Source of the DNA: Bacteroidales bacterium UBA1184
Lineage (GTDB): Bacteria > Bacteroidota > Bacteroidia > Bacteroidales > ML635J-15
Direction: 5' to 3'
Assembly: GCA_002310235.1 (NCBI GenBank)
Contig: DBYO01000001.1
Span: 912 to 64,911, forward strand
Length of the DNA stretch: 64,000 nucleotides
The translations under genes and the position numbers were made by a program. The number at the start of each line of letters is the position of its first letter. The first letter of the stretch is position 1. The notes under the pieces are model-generated. The model ran no database searches and was not told the origin of the DNA. It saw only the letters and a list, made by a program, of their open reading frames with translations. Of this stretch, positions 49,302 through 58,027 are shown in pieces.

Positions 49302-49604
49302 ATGGAAGTTAATATTGAAAATACTGGAAACAAGACATTTGTAGTTTTGAACGGACGACTTGACACGACAACCGCCGACAAGTTCATGCAGGACATTACT
49401 CCGCTTATGCAAGGAGATAATCCCGACATTGAAATTGACTGCACAGGTTTGGAATACACATCGAGCCAAGGACTCCGTATGTTCCTTATGCTCCAGAAAA
49501 GTGTGACGGCACGTAAGGGTAACCTCGTGATGCGCAATATGAAACCAAATGTAAAGGAAGTGTTCGACATCACAGGTTTCTCGAACATAATTAAGATAGT
49601 TTAA
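49302..49604 (+). CDS. STAS domain anti-sigma-factor antagonist (RsbV/SpoIIAA-like)
   Basis: GRLDTTTA, DCTGLEYTSSQGLR (phospho-Ser motif), VKEVFDITGF. Confidence 0.93.
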   Translation: MEVNIENTGNKTFVVLNGRLDTTTADKFMQDITPLMQGDNPDIEIDCTGLEYTSSQGLRMFLMLQKSVTARKGNLVMRNMKPNVKEVFDITGFSNIIKIV

Positions 49605-49625
49605 TTTTTAGCCACAGGCTTGAAT

Positions 49626-50711
49626 ATGGAATACAATCTTGACTTTCACTGTCAGATGATTCTTGACGAATATCGCGAGAATTTGGCGATATTTGAAAAG
49701 ATGAAGGAAATCGTGCGAGCACAACTCGAAAAGTGCGTCGCCAACAACAACATATATGTTACTGCAATAGAGTCGAGAATAAAGACAGAAAACAGTCTCG
49801 TCGGTAAGTTGGAACTCAAGGGGTACAAGTACAAGGCTCTTTCGGACATTACCGACATTTTAGGCACTCGTGTCATTACTTTCTATTCTGAGGAAGTTGA
49901 CAAGATTTCGGCTCTCATCGACAAGGTTTTCGAAGTCGATTGGGAAAACTCGGTAGATAAGCGCAAGGCTCTCGATCTCGACCAGTTCGGATATATGTCG
50001 CTGCATTACATCTGTCGTATGCCAAAGTCGCTGTACTACGATGCCGAACATCCCGAAATAAACGATTTCCGCTTCGAAATACAGATGCGTACCGCTCTGC
50101 AGCACGTGTGGGCTACAATGTACCACGACACAGGCTACAAGTCGGGCATCGAGGTGCCGAAGGAGCATCTGCGCAATATGAACCGCCTTGCAGGTATGCT
50201 TGAGCTTGCCGACGAGCAGTTCAGCCGCATACGCAAGGAAATCACCGACTACCGTCGCAATGTGCAGTCGTTGGTTACCGACGGCAACTTCGACGAAGTA
50301 CCTCTCGACAGCGACACATTCCGCAGCTACCTCACTATGAAGCCTTTCAAGAAGCTAATCGACAAGATTGCAACCATCAATCAGGCCGAAATCTACGAGG
50401 ACAACCTAATGCGCTACTTGACAACGCTGATAAAGATGAACTTCCGAACTCTTGGTGATTTGCAACGGCTTATAAAGGACTGCAGTGACGATGCATACAA
50501 ACTTGCACTTCATCAGCTTTCGTCGACAGATCTCGACATTCTGGCGCTGTCGGTGGCATTGCAGAACCTTTGCATAGTGTATATAGTAAAGAATGGCGGC
50601 GGCGAAATCGGTCTGCGAATGTTCTACGATTCCGTTTTTGGAAAGTCGGACTACAACATCGAGCACGCACGGCGCACATTCGAACAGGTGTCGAAAATTA
50701 ATATAAAGTAG
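49626..50711 (+). CDS. Small alarmone synthetase (RelA/SpoT SYNTH domain) with C-terminal extension
   Basis: SRIKTENSLVGK, ITDILGTRV, GYMSLHY, FEIQMRT...QHVWA..YHD.GYK. Confidence 0.9.
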   Translation: MEYNLDFHCQMILDEYRENLAIFEKMKEIVRAQLEKCVANNNIYVTAIESRIKTENSLVGKLELKGYKYKALSDITDILGTRVITFYSEEVDKISALIDKVFEVDWENSVDKRKALDLDQFGYMSLHYICRMPKSLYYDAEHPEINDFRFEIQMRTALQHVWATMYHDTGYKSGIEVPKEHLRNMNRLAGMLELADEQFSRIRKEITDYRRNVQSLVTDGNFDEVPLDSDTFRSYLTMKPFKKLIDKIATINQAEIYEDNLMRYLTTLIKMNFRTLGDLQRLIKDCSDDAYKLALHQLSSTDLDILALSVALQNLCIVYIVKNGGGEIGLRMFYDSVFGKSDYNIEHARRTFEQVSKINIK

Positions 50712-50722
50712 AAAGTAAATTT

Positions 50723-52132
50723 ATGGCAAACAAATATATAGATACATCCATTCTCGACAAGGCAATGCATTTTGCAATTGATGCACACGCTAATACCGAA
50801 CGCCGTGGCAAGGGTTTCCCATACTCGGTGCACCTAATGGAAGCGGTAGAAATAGCCGCAACAATAACTTCCGATCAGGAAATACTTGCCGCTACAGCAT
50901 TGCACGATACAATTGAAGATACAGATGTCACATTGGAGCAGTTGCGCGAGGAATTTGGCGACAGGATTGCTGCTTTGGTCGAAGCCGAAAGCGACAAGTT
51001 TGCAAACGGCTTTTCGGAGCGCGACAGTTGGACTGACCGAAAAAAGGCAGCCTTGGAAAGACTCGCCAATGCACCATACGATGCTAAAATTGTGGCTATG
51101 GGCGACAAACTCTCGAATATGCGCGCCATCGCCCGCGACTACGAGCGTATCGGCGACGAGCTTTGGAAAATCTTCCATGCTCCAAATGGCAAATCCGACC
51201 ACGAATGGCGCTACCGTGGACTGGCTGTGGCTTTGTTCGACCTTGCAGGAACACCTGCCTACCGCGAATTTATTACTCTGCTCGAGAAGACTTTCGGTCA
51301 GAAGGATTTCGGTGAGCCTACAAAAATCAACCTCGCAGACTATGAGCGCAGTGGCGAAGGCTTCAACGCCGAAAGTTACAACCATAAGGGCGGACGCACA
51401 ATGATAAAGCTGTACTCCGAATCGGTGTCGCCCGAAATGCCATTGCGCGAACTTCGCACCGCGATGAATGTTTTCCGTATGGGACTTCTTACGCCTATGC
51501 CAGGACGCTTTGTCACCGACGGCGAGAGGTTCGGTTGTGAGTTTAGTCGTGTTGTAGATAAGAAGTCGTTCGCAAGGGCAATATCCGAGAATCCAGATAG
51601 TATGAAAAGGTATGCAGCCGAATTTGCTCGTATGTGCAAGCAGTTACATTCTACGGTCTGCAATCCTGCTGTATTTCCGTCGGCTGCCGATATGTCTTGC
51701 AGGGCAGTTGAAAATGCAGAAATTTTCACCGACGACGAGAAGAAAAAAGTTCTCGCCTTTGTGAAAAGCATACCACCAGCAACGACTTGTCTCCATGGCG
51801 ACTTGCATATCGGCAATATTCTCGATTCGAGTTTCGGCAACCTGTGGATCGACCTTGCCGATTTTAGCTATGGCAATCCGCTGTTCGACTTTGGCATGAT
51901 GTATCTTGTTTGCAGGTGCAATCCCGACGACTTGACAAAGAAGCTATATCATATCGACAATGCGGCAATGCTCAAGTTCTGGGAGATGTTTGCCTGCGAA
52001 TATTTTGGTGCCGATACTCCCGAAAAGCTCGCCAAAGTAGAAAATAAACTTCGCCCGTTTGCAGCTTTGAAGATGCTGTATTTCGGAATTAAGGGACACG
52101 ATGATTTCATAAGAGAGAGCCTGCTGGGATAA
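50723..52132 (+). CDS. Fusion of a small alarmone hydrolase (SpoT/Mesh1-type HD) and an APH/choline-kinase-like phosphotransferase
   Basis: HD part: AH...RR..PY.VH, LHDTIEDT, GDKLSNMR. Kinase part: GEGFNAESY, MIKLY, KQLHS, LHGDLHIGNI, WIDLADF.YG.PLFD. Confidence 0.88.
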   Translation: MANKYIDTSILDKAMHFAIDAHANTERRGKGFPYSVHLMEAVEIAATITSDQEILAATALHDTIEDTDVTLEQLREEFGDRIAALVEAESDKFANGFSERDSWTDRKKAALERLANAPYDAKIVAMGDKLSNMRAIARDYERIGDELWKIFHAPNGKSDHEWRYRGLAVALFDLAGTPAYREFITLLEKTFGQKDFGEPTKINLADYERSGEGFNAESYNHKGGRTMIKLYSESVSPEMPLRELRTAMNVFRMGLLTPMPGRFVTDGERFGCEFSRVVDKKSFARAISENPDSMKRYAAEFARMCKQLHSTVCNPAVFPSAADMSCRAVENAEIFTDDEKKKVLAFVKSIPPATTCLHGDLHIGNILDSSFGNLWIDLADFSYGNPLFDFGMMYLVCRCNPDDLTKKLYHIDNAAMLKFWEMFACEYFGADTPEKLAKVENKLRPFAALKMLYFGIKGHDDFIRESLLG

Positions 52133-52370
52133 CGCTACGCAGTTTCAATGGCTGACGCCGTTTCAATGGCTGCGCCGTTTGAATGCCTTCGGCGTTTCTG
52201 TGTTTCACGTTTCTGCGTTTCACGTTTCTGTGGCTTCGCCGTTCAAAGCCTGCGGCGTTTAACTTCGTTGAGGGCTTCGCCGTTCTATGCCTGCGGCGTT
52301 TCAATGGCTGCGCCGTTTCTCGCTGCGTTGTTTCTATGGCTTCGCCGTTTCTCGCTGCGCTGTTTCAAGG
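52133..52370. repeat. Composite repeat array of GTTTC(A/T) spacers and mini-hairpins; includes dispersed repeat copy 3 (52258-52285)
   Basis: Units GGCTGCGCC, GGCTTCGCC, GCCTGCGGC, GCCTTCGGC separated by GTTTCAAT, GTTTCT or GTTTCAC. Confidence 0.85.
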
Positions 52371-52392
52371 GTTGGGGCTGTTTGCGAATAAT

Positions 52393-52425
52393 AAAAAAGG
52401 AGCTGAAAATAAATTCAGCCCCTTT
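52393..52425. terminator. Terminator between convergent genes
   Basis: AAAAAAGGAGCTGAA-loop-TTCAGCCCCTTT. Confidence 0.75.
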
Positions 52426-52446
52426 CCTATAAAAAGATTTTTAACC

Positions 52447-53229
52447 TTATTCGTTTTTCTTTTTCGGCATTTTCTTTCTTGCCTTAGCCGATGCAAACGC
52501 TCCAAGTATTACAACACAGAATACGATTGCACCGTACATGCATTCTATCGAAAGCATTATCAGCGCCTCGATGCCGAGGAAGAACACCAATGCGATTGCC
52601 ACGCCCCATGCGCTCTTTGTGCGTACACAGTCGAGAACCATCTTTACAAGGCAGAAAAGTATCATCACTATCTGGCTGCCGAACAATACCCACGAGCAAG
52701 CCGATGCCGATGCCTTTGCGATGTAAACGATAACGCTTGCTGCAAGTCCTGCGAGAGCAACTACTGTTCCCCATTTCCATTCTTTCCACTTCTTGCCTTC
52801 GCTAAGTCCTGCGTGTACCGACATCTGGGCAGTAACCTGCATTACGGCGCAAATCATCCAGTAAACAACCAGCACAAGTCCTACAAGACCAAGAATTGCA
52901 AGTCCCCAGTCGCCAACTACGTCGTAGTCACAGAACCAGCCGATGCATGGCTTTTCTCCATATCTGTCGACCGTAGGCAGATCAGCCATGAAGCAGTAGT
53001 AATATATTGAAACCAAGGTAATTCCGAACAAAGAGTAGAGAATCGGATAGAACTTGGCTTTGTCCCTGTAGCGGATTTGGAAGTTTACCAGCTCCATGAA
53101 TGCTGCCATGATAAAAATGAATATCAAAAGCCCCAACGGATTGATGCCTAATGGGTTGGAGTGGTGCAAGTTAAGAAGTTCCGGAATGTTCGTAACCGGA
53201 GATTCGCTTAGTCTTTCTATAAAATTCAT
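52447..53229 (-). CDS. Hypothetical multi-pass membrane protein
   Basis: About 7 hydrophobic helices, basic C-terminal tail; own -7 box at 53319-53326. Confidence 0.75.
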   Translation of the reverse strand: MNFIERLSESPVTNIPELLNLHHSNPLGINPLGLLIFIFIMAAFMELVNFQIRYRDKAKFYPILYSLFGITLVSIYYYCFMADLPTVDRYGEKPCIGWFCDYDVVGDWGLAILGLVGLVLVVYWMICAVMQVTAQMSVHAGLSEGKKWKEWKWGTVVALAGLAASVIVYIAKASASACSWVLFGSQIVMILFCLVKMVLDCVRTKSAWGVAIALVFFLGIEALIMLSIECMYGAIVFCVVILGAFASAKARKKMPKKKNE

Positions 53230-53377
53230 AATTTAGACCTTATGTTTTAAATTGTAGGTTCATAACAAATAGGTAGTACCGCTTGAACCTGCTTTAACGC
53301 AGAGTACCAATTTCGGCGCAAAAATATATAATTTTTGATAATCAATAAAATCAATGATGCAAAAACATTTAAAATGC

Positions 53378-54235
53378 CTATTTTTTGGTGTGGAAAATCT
53401 TTCTGCCTGCAAAAAAAGCTATCGCAAGTCCGGCCACAATTGCACATATCCACCAAGGATTTGCGTATGCGCTGAGGTCGGGAGATGCAGAAACTTCGGC
53501 ACCGAAGATAAATGCAGCAATGACTACTAGTGCGTTGTTGGTTGCATGTGCAACAATCGACAGCCATAGCGAACCAGACGAATAGAACAAATAACCGAGC
53601 ACTGCGCCAAGTATAAACCGAGGCAGCAGTCCCGAAAATTGCATGTGTATCGCCGAAAAAATAAATGCAGTAAGCAGTATGGCGATGTGCTTGTTGCGGA
53701 TGTTGTCGACAAAGAACTTCTGCATTACGCCACGGAAGAACATTTCCTCGCATATGGCAGGCGTTATAGCTAAAGCTACAAGATTCAAGACAAACATTCC
53801 GACATCACTTCCCGCCAATGCACGCTGAGTTGCCTCCATGGCACTGGCATCTATGCTACGTAAATATTCCTCAATGCCTTTTATCGATTCGGGGAAAGAG
53901 TATGAAGCGTTGAGGCTGGCTACAAATTCTATTGCAGGAATTATCGACAGCATGAAGACAATGACAATAAGAAATTTGCTGATTTTTACGTTGCTGGTTA
54001 GCCTTATATGTGCAAACGGATTCTTTTCGCTTCCAATTAATGCAGCTGCTGCCACTGCTGGCAGTCCGAACGTAAGCACCGACGAAAGTACAAGTAGAAT
54101 TTTGTATGCAATTTCGCCCTGCATATACTGGTACAATGTACCAATAATTAATGCATTACAAAGGAATCCCAGACAAATGCACAATACTATTACGAATAGC
54201 TTTTCGGGCGACGACAATTCTCGGTTCTTGAACAT
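53378..54235 (-). CDS. CPBP (CAAX/Abi) family intramembrane metalloprotease
   Basis: EEMFFRG, FSAIH, AHATNN. Confidence 0.92.
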   Translation of the reverse strand: MFKNRELSSPEKLFVIVLCICLGFLCNALIIGTLYQYMQGEIAYKILLVLSSVLTFGLPAVAAAALIGSEKNPFAHIRLTSNVKISKFLIVIVFMLSIIPAIEFVASLNASYSFPESIKGIEEYLRSIDASAMEATQRALAGSDVGMFVLNLVALAITPAICEEMFFRGVMQKFFVDNIRNKHIAILLTAFIFSAIHMQFSGLLPRFILGAVLGYLFYSSGSLWLSIVAHATNNALVVIAAFIFGAEVSASPDLSAYANPWWICAIVAGLAIAFFAGRKIFHTKK

Positions 54236-54245
54236 TTGCTTGCGG

Positions 54246-55310
54246 TTAAAGTTCTATGGTTGGATGGTAAAAATCGTTGTGGAAATAGTATTCGAGCGAA
54301 ATGCCGTTGTTTGTCTCGCTTTTGGCGCATTCATAATTGAATTCGGGTGCTTTTATGCCTTTTGAGATAGTCATATTGTGGTTTGTGAAAACCCGGGCTT
54401 CGTCCCAAAGTCCAGATTCAATGAATGATGCTATAGTCTGTGCTCCACCTTCCACAATTACCGACTGGATGTCGTTGCGGTACAATGTGTTGAGAATCTG
54501 GGGAATAATGTCTTTGGAGAAATCAATTTTGCTATAAAGTAGGTTTCCTTCTACACACTCTTTGCTACCATTTATTATTATTGTCTTTGCTTGACCGTCA
54601 AAAATTTTACTTGTTGTAGAAACTTTCAGTTCGTGGTCGATACAAATGCGTACAGGGTTTCGCCCCGACCAATGGCGAACAGTAAGTTGTGGATTATCGA
54701 GTATGGCGGTTCGTGTGCCTACAAGTATTGCATCTTCTTCGGTACGCCATTTGTGAACAAGTGTATTGAAGTGTAGGTTGGTTATTTTCAATGGTGGTGT
54801 CAGGTTGTCGCAACGTAAGTTGTCGATGACGCCGTCGGCGGTCTGCGCCCATTTCAGGATAATGTACGGACGGTGTTTTGTATGAAAAGTAAAGAATCGG
54901 CGATTCAGCCAGTCGCATTCTGGTTTAAGAATACCAATTTTTACGTCAACGCCTGCATTTTTCAGTTTTTCGATACCTTTACCGGCAACCTTCTCAAATG
55001 GATCGATGCTTCCGACAACAACCTTTTTGATACCTTCGCGTATCAGCATGTCGGCGCAAGCAGGAGTGCGTCCCACATGTGCACATGGTTCAAGCGAAAC
55101 ATATATTGTCGATTCTTTGAGTAACGACTTGTCGGCTACTGAGTTGACGGCATTTACTTCGGCATGAGCCTCGCCGCAGCGTCGGTGCCACCCTTCGCCT
55201 ATTATTTTGCCATTGTGTACAACTACCGCACCAACCATAGGGTTAGGTGACGCAGTTCCGAACCCACATTTTGCGAGTTCGATGCACCGTCTCATGTAGA
55301 TTTCATCCAT
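54246..55310 (-). CDS. ribD: Riboflavin biosynthesis deaminase/reductase
   Basis: SPNPMVG, HAEVNA, LEPC..GRTPAC, KWAQTADG, VEGG. Confidence 0.96.
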   Translation of the reverse strand: MDEIYMRRCIELAKCGFGTASPNPMVGAVVVHNGKIIGEGWHRRCGEAHAEVNAVNSVADKSLLKESTIYVSLEPCAHVGRTPACADMLIREGIKKVVVGSIDPFEKVAGKGIEKLKNAGVDVKIGILKPECDWLNRRFFTFHTKHRPYIILKWAQTADGVIDNLRCDNLTPPLKITNLHFNTLVHKWRTEEDAILVGTRTAILDNPQLTVRHWSGRNPVRICIDHELKVSTTSKIFDGQAKTIIINGSKECVEGNLLYSKIDFSKDIIPQILNTLYRNDIQSVIVEGGAQTIASFIESGLWDEARVFTNHNMTISKGIKAPEFNYECAKSETNNGISLEYYFHNDFYHPTIEL

Positions 55311-55317
55311 TGTGGAA

Positions 55318-56346
55318 TTACCAGTCGAGTCCTCTCTGCTTCAATTCCTTGCGGCTGAGTTCCTGTCCTGCACGTGCGGCACGACGGAAATGAGCTATAG
55401 CATCAGCTTCCTGGTTCATCGACTGATATAGCTTGCCGATGTTGTAGTTGGTGTCAACATGGTTGGGATCGATGCTTAATGCCATGTTGTAATATTCCAT
55501 AGCTTTTGCTGGATTGGTTGAGAAATATGCTGCACCGAGATTGTTGTACGAGTCGATGTTGTTGGGATTGAGTTCCAGAGCTTTCATGTAGTTCTTTACG
55601 GCTTTGTTTTCTCCCTTTACATCGTCGGAGTAGTAGTAGGCGACACCGAGGTTGTTGTAGGCATCAGCATTGTCCTTGTTTACTTCTATTGCCTTTTTGA
55701 ACCATTCTATTGCTTCAATGTATTCTCCCTGATCTTCGTATATAACACCTATTGCATTGTATGCGTCGTCGTTTCGCGGATTTATTTCAATGGCTTTTTT
55801 ACAGCATTCAATGCCTTTTTCATAGTTCCCATTGTGCGAATAAGCCAAGCCGAGGTTGTTGTATGCACCATCGTATAGTTCGCTAATTGCCACTGCTTTT
55901 GTGTAATATGCAATGGCCTTTTTGTAATTTTTCATTTCGTCGTATGCGTTGCCAAGTGCATTGTAGGCAGTGTCGTACTTGGGGTTTATTTTTATTGCGC
56001 TCTCGAAAAGGCTTATGGCTTTCTCGAAGTCGCCTTCATCATAGTAAACGTAGCCTAGATTCTTTATTGCTTCATAGTAGTTGGGGTTAATCTTTATAGC
56101 CAACTGGAAATTTATCATGGCCTTGTCGAAATTGCCCATATACGAGTAGGCCCGACCAAGTGTATTGTATGCGGTAGGATTGTTTTTGTTTGTTTCAACA
56201 TATTTCGACAAGTCTGATATTGCTTTGGTGTAGTTGTCGTTATTGAATGCGAATAGCCCGTTTTCAAGAAGAGCATCTACGTTCTGTGAATAAATATTTG
56301 CAGAAAGCAGTGCAAATGTTACCAATATTGCAATTCTAAATTTCAT
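55318..56346 (-). CDS. Secreted tetratricopeptide repeat protein
   Basis: Signal peptide; about 9 regular AYNNLG.AY...A...Y.KAI.INP repeats; -7 box at 56375-56382. Confidence 0.92.
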   Translation of the reverse strand: MKFRIAILVTFALLSANIYSQNVDALLENGLFAFNNDNYTKAISDLSKYVETNKNNPTAYNTLGRAYSYMGNFDKAMINFQLAIKINPNYYEAIKNLGYVYYDEGDFEKAISLFESAIKINPKYDTAYNALGNAYDEMKNYKKAIAYYTKAVAISELYDGAYNNLGLAYSHNGNYEKGIECCKKAIEINPRNDDAYNAIGVIYEDQGEYIEAIEWFKKAIEVNKDNADAYNNLGVAYYYSDDVKGENKAVKNYMKALELNPNNIDSYNNLGAAYFSTNPAKAMEYYNMALSIDPNHVDTNYNIGKLYQSMNQEADAIAHFRRAARAGQELSRKELKQRGLDW

Positions 56347-56456
56347 ACTAATTGATGAATAAAGTTACAAGTTGCAAATATATCATTTTTTAAGTCTAAT
56401 TGGACAATAATAAATCGATTTTTTTTCACTCAATTTCCAATAAGATAAATTATATA

Positions 56457-56495
56457 CAAATATGGCGAGGACTAAATAGAGCCTCGCCATATTTG
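56457..56495 (-). terminator. Strong hairpin, probable pyrH-frr terminator
   Basis: CAAATATGGCGAGG/CCTCGCCATATTTG perfect 14-bp stem. Confidence 0.65.
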
Positions 56496-56647
56496 CATTT
56501 ATTTTATAATGACATCAATGCTAAATACTATTTGCCTAAAGAATTAAGCAATATGGCAAATAACTTTCCTCATTATATTATTAAGGTATTCCCGACAATA
56601 TAATGTTTGTCTGATAGGGTATGAGGACAAGTGATTCTTTTCTGTGA

Positions 56648-57208
56648 CTATACTGTCATCAGTTCTTTCTCCTTGGCATCGATAATAGTATCAACCTTCT
56701 TTATGAAGTCTTCGTGAGCTTTGTGTACGGTTTGTTCTGCATTTTTGGCTTCGTCTTCCGAAACACCGTCCTTCTTCAGTTTCTTGAATTCTTCGATAGC
56801 GTTGCGGCGTGCGTTCCTGATGACAACCTTTGCATCTTCGCCTAGACCCTTAACCTGCTTAACGAGTTGCTTACGGCGTTCCTCAGTCAGAGGCGGAACG
56901 ATTATGCGGATAACTTCGCCGTTGTTTGCCGGATTGAAGCCGAGGTTTGCGGCGAGTATAGCCTTTTCGATTGCAGGAATTGTAGATTTGTCCCATGGCT
57001 GTATGAAGATGGTCTTGGGATCTGGTGCCGAAAGGTTTGCAACCTGTGAAATCGGCGATGCGGTTCCGTAGCATTCAACCTTTACAGATTCGAGCATAGC
57101 TGGATTTGCCTTTCCAGCACGAATCTTTGCGAGTTCCTTTTCGAGGTGTTCGAGTGCGGACTTCATTCCGTCTTTTGCATCTTCTATATACAATTCTAAT
57201 TCTTCCAT
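56648..57208 (-). CDS. frr: Ribosome recycling factor
   Basis: IRAGKANP, IQPWDK, PPLTEERRKQLVK, IRNARR. Confidence 0.98.
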   Translation of the reverse strand: MEELELYIEDAKDGMKSALEHLEKELAKIRAGKANPAMLESVKVECYGTASPISQVANLSAPDPKTIFIQPWDKSTIPAIEKAILAANLGFNPANNGEVIRIIVPPLTEERRKQLVKQVKGLGEDAKVVIRNARRNAIEEFKKLKKDGVSEDEAKNAEQTVHKAHEDFIKKVDTIIDAKEKELMTV

Positions 57209-57210
57209 GA

Positions 57211-57918
57211 TTATTTTGTGATGTAAGTTCCTATATTTTCGTTATTTATTACTTTTTCGAGATTTCCGTAAGTGTCCATGTCGAACACTATTACAGGCAT
57301 ATTATTTTCCTTGCACAAAGTGAATGCGGTGAGATCCATAATCTTAAGTCCGCGTTTGTAAACCTCGTCGAAGGTTATGGTATCGAACTTTGTAGCTGTT
57401 GGGTCCTTTTCGGGATCGGCTGTATAAACCCCATTCACGCGCGTACCTTTAAGGAATACGTCGGCTTCGATTTCGATTGCACGCAAAGCCGATGCACTAT
57501 CGGTCGAGAAGTATGGATTTCCTGTTCCTCCTGCAAGTATGCACACATACGAATTTTCCAAGGCCTCAACAACCTTTGGCTTTGAAATACGTTCTCCTAT
57601 TGACTCAATGCCGATTGATGTAAAAAGCCTTGTCTTTACACCAACCGATTCCAGTCCGTTTTGCAATGCCAACGAATTTATTATTGTTGCTAGCATTCCC
57701 ATCTGGTCGCCTTTTACACGGTCGAAACCCTTGCTTTCTCCAGATATTCCGCGGAATATATTGCCTCCGCCTATTACTATTCCTATCTGTACGCCCTTGT
57801 CATGTACTGCCTTAATTTGGTTGGCATATTCCATAAGATGGGTTTCGCTAATTCCCTGCTTCGAAGCTCCGGCAAGCGATTCGCCGCTAAGCTTTAACAA
57901 TATTCGTTTAAATCTCAT
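57211..57918 (-). CDS. pyrH: UMP kinase
   Basis: RILLKLSGE, IGGGNIFRG, DQMGMLAT, GTGNPYFSTD; start moved to MRFKR. Confidence 0.98.
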   Translation of the reverse strand: MRFKRILLKLSGESLAGASKQGISETHLMEYANQIKAVHDKGVQIGIVIGGGNIFRGISGESKGFDRVKGDQMGMLATIINSLALQNGLESVGVKTRLFTSIGIESIGERISKPKVVEALENSYVCILAGGTGNPYFSTDSASALRAIEIEADVFLKGTRVNGVYTADPEKDPTATKFDTITFDEVYKRGLKIMDLTAFTLCKENNMPVIVFDMDTYGNLEKVINNENIGTYITK

Positions 57919-57950
57919 CGCAATAAATTTTAGACCACAAAAGTAATTAA

Positions 57951-57998
57951 AATTTGATAATTTGAAGATTTGAAAATTCAATAATTCAAAAAATCTAT
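57951..57998. repeat. Octamer tandem array next to the pyrH -7 box
   Basis: AATTTGAT AATTTGAA GATTTGAA AATTCAAT AATTCAAA AAATCTAT; -7 box (CAAAAGTA) at 57938-57945. Confidence 0.65.
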
Positions 57999-58027
57999 AA
58001 AATGTTTTATGGTTGTTTGCCCTTCTT

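Noticed and set aside
50723-52132. Bona fide aminoglycoside resistance gene
   Set aside because: Only the generic APH/choline-kinase fold motifs are shared; the HD fusion and signalling context argue against a resistance call.
52133-52370. CRISPR array
   Set aside because: There is no constant 23-47-bp repeat with unique spacers of regular length; the units are 9-20 nt and shuffled, and no cas genes are present.
52107-53010. ORFs 52107-52304, 52148-52432 and 52183-53010
   Set aside because: They are translations of the stop-poor repeat array or antisense shadows of the membrane-protein gene.
56347-56647. FMN riboswitch upstream of the TPR-ribD unit
   Set aside because: No FMN aptamer consensus is visible on either strand.
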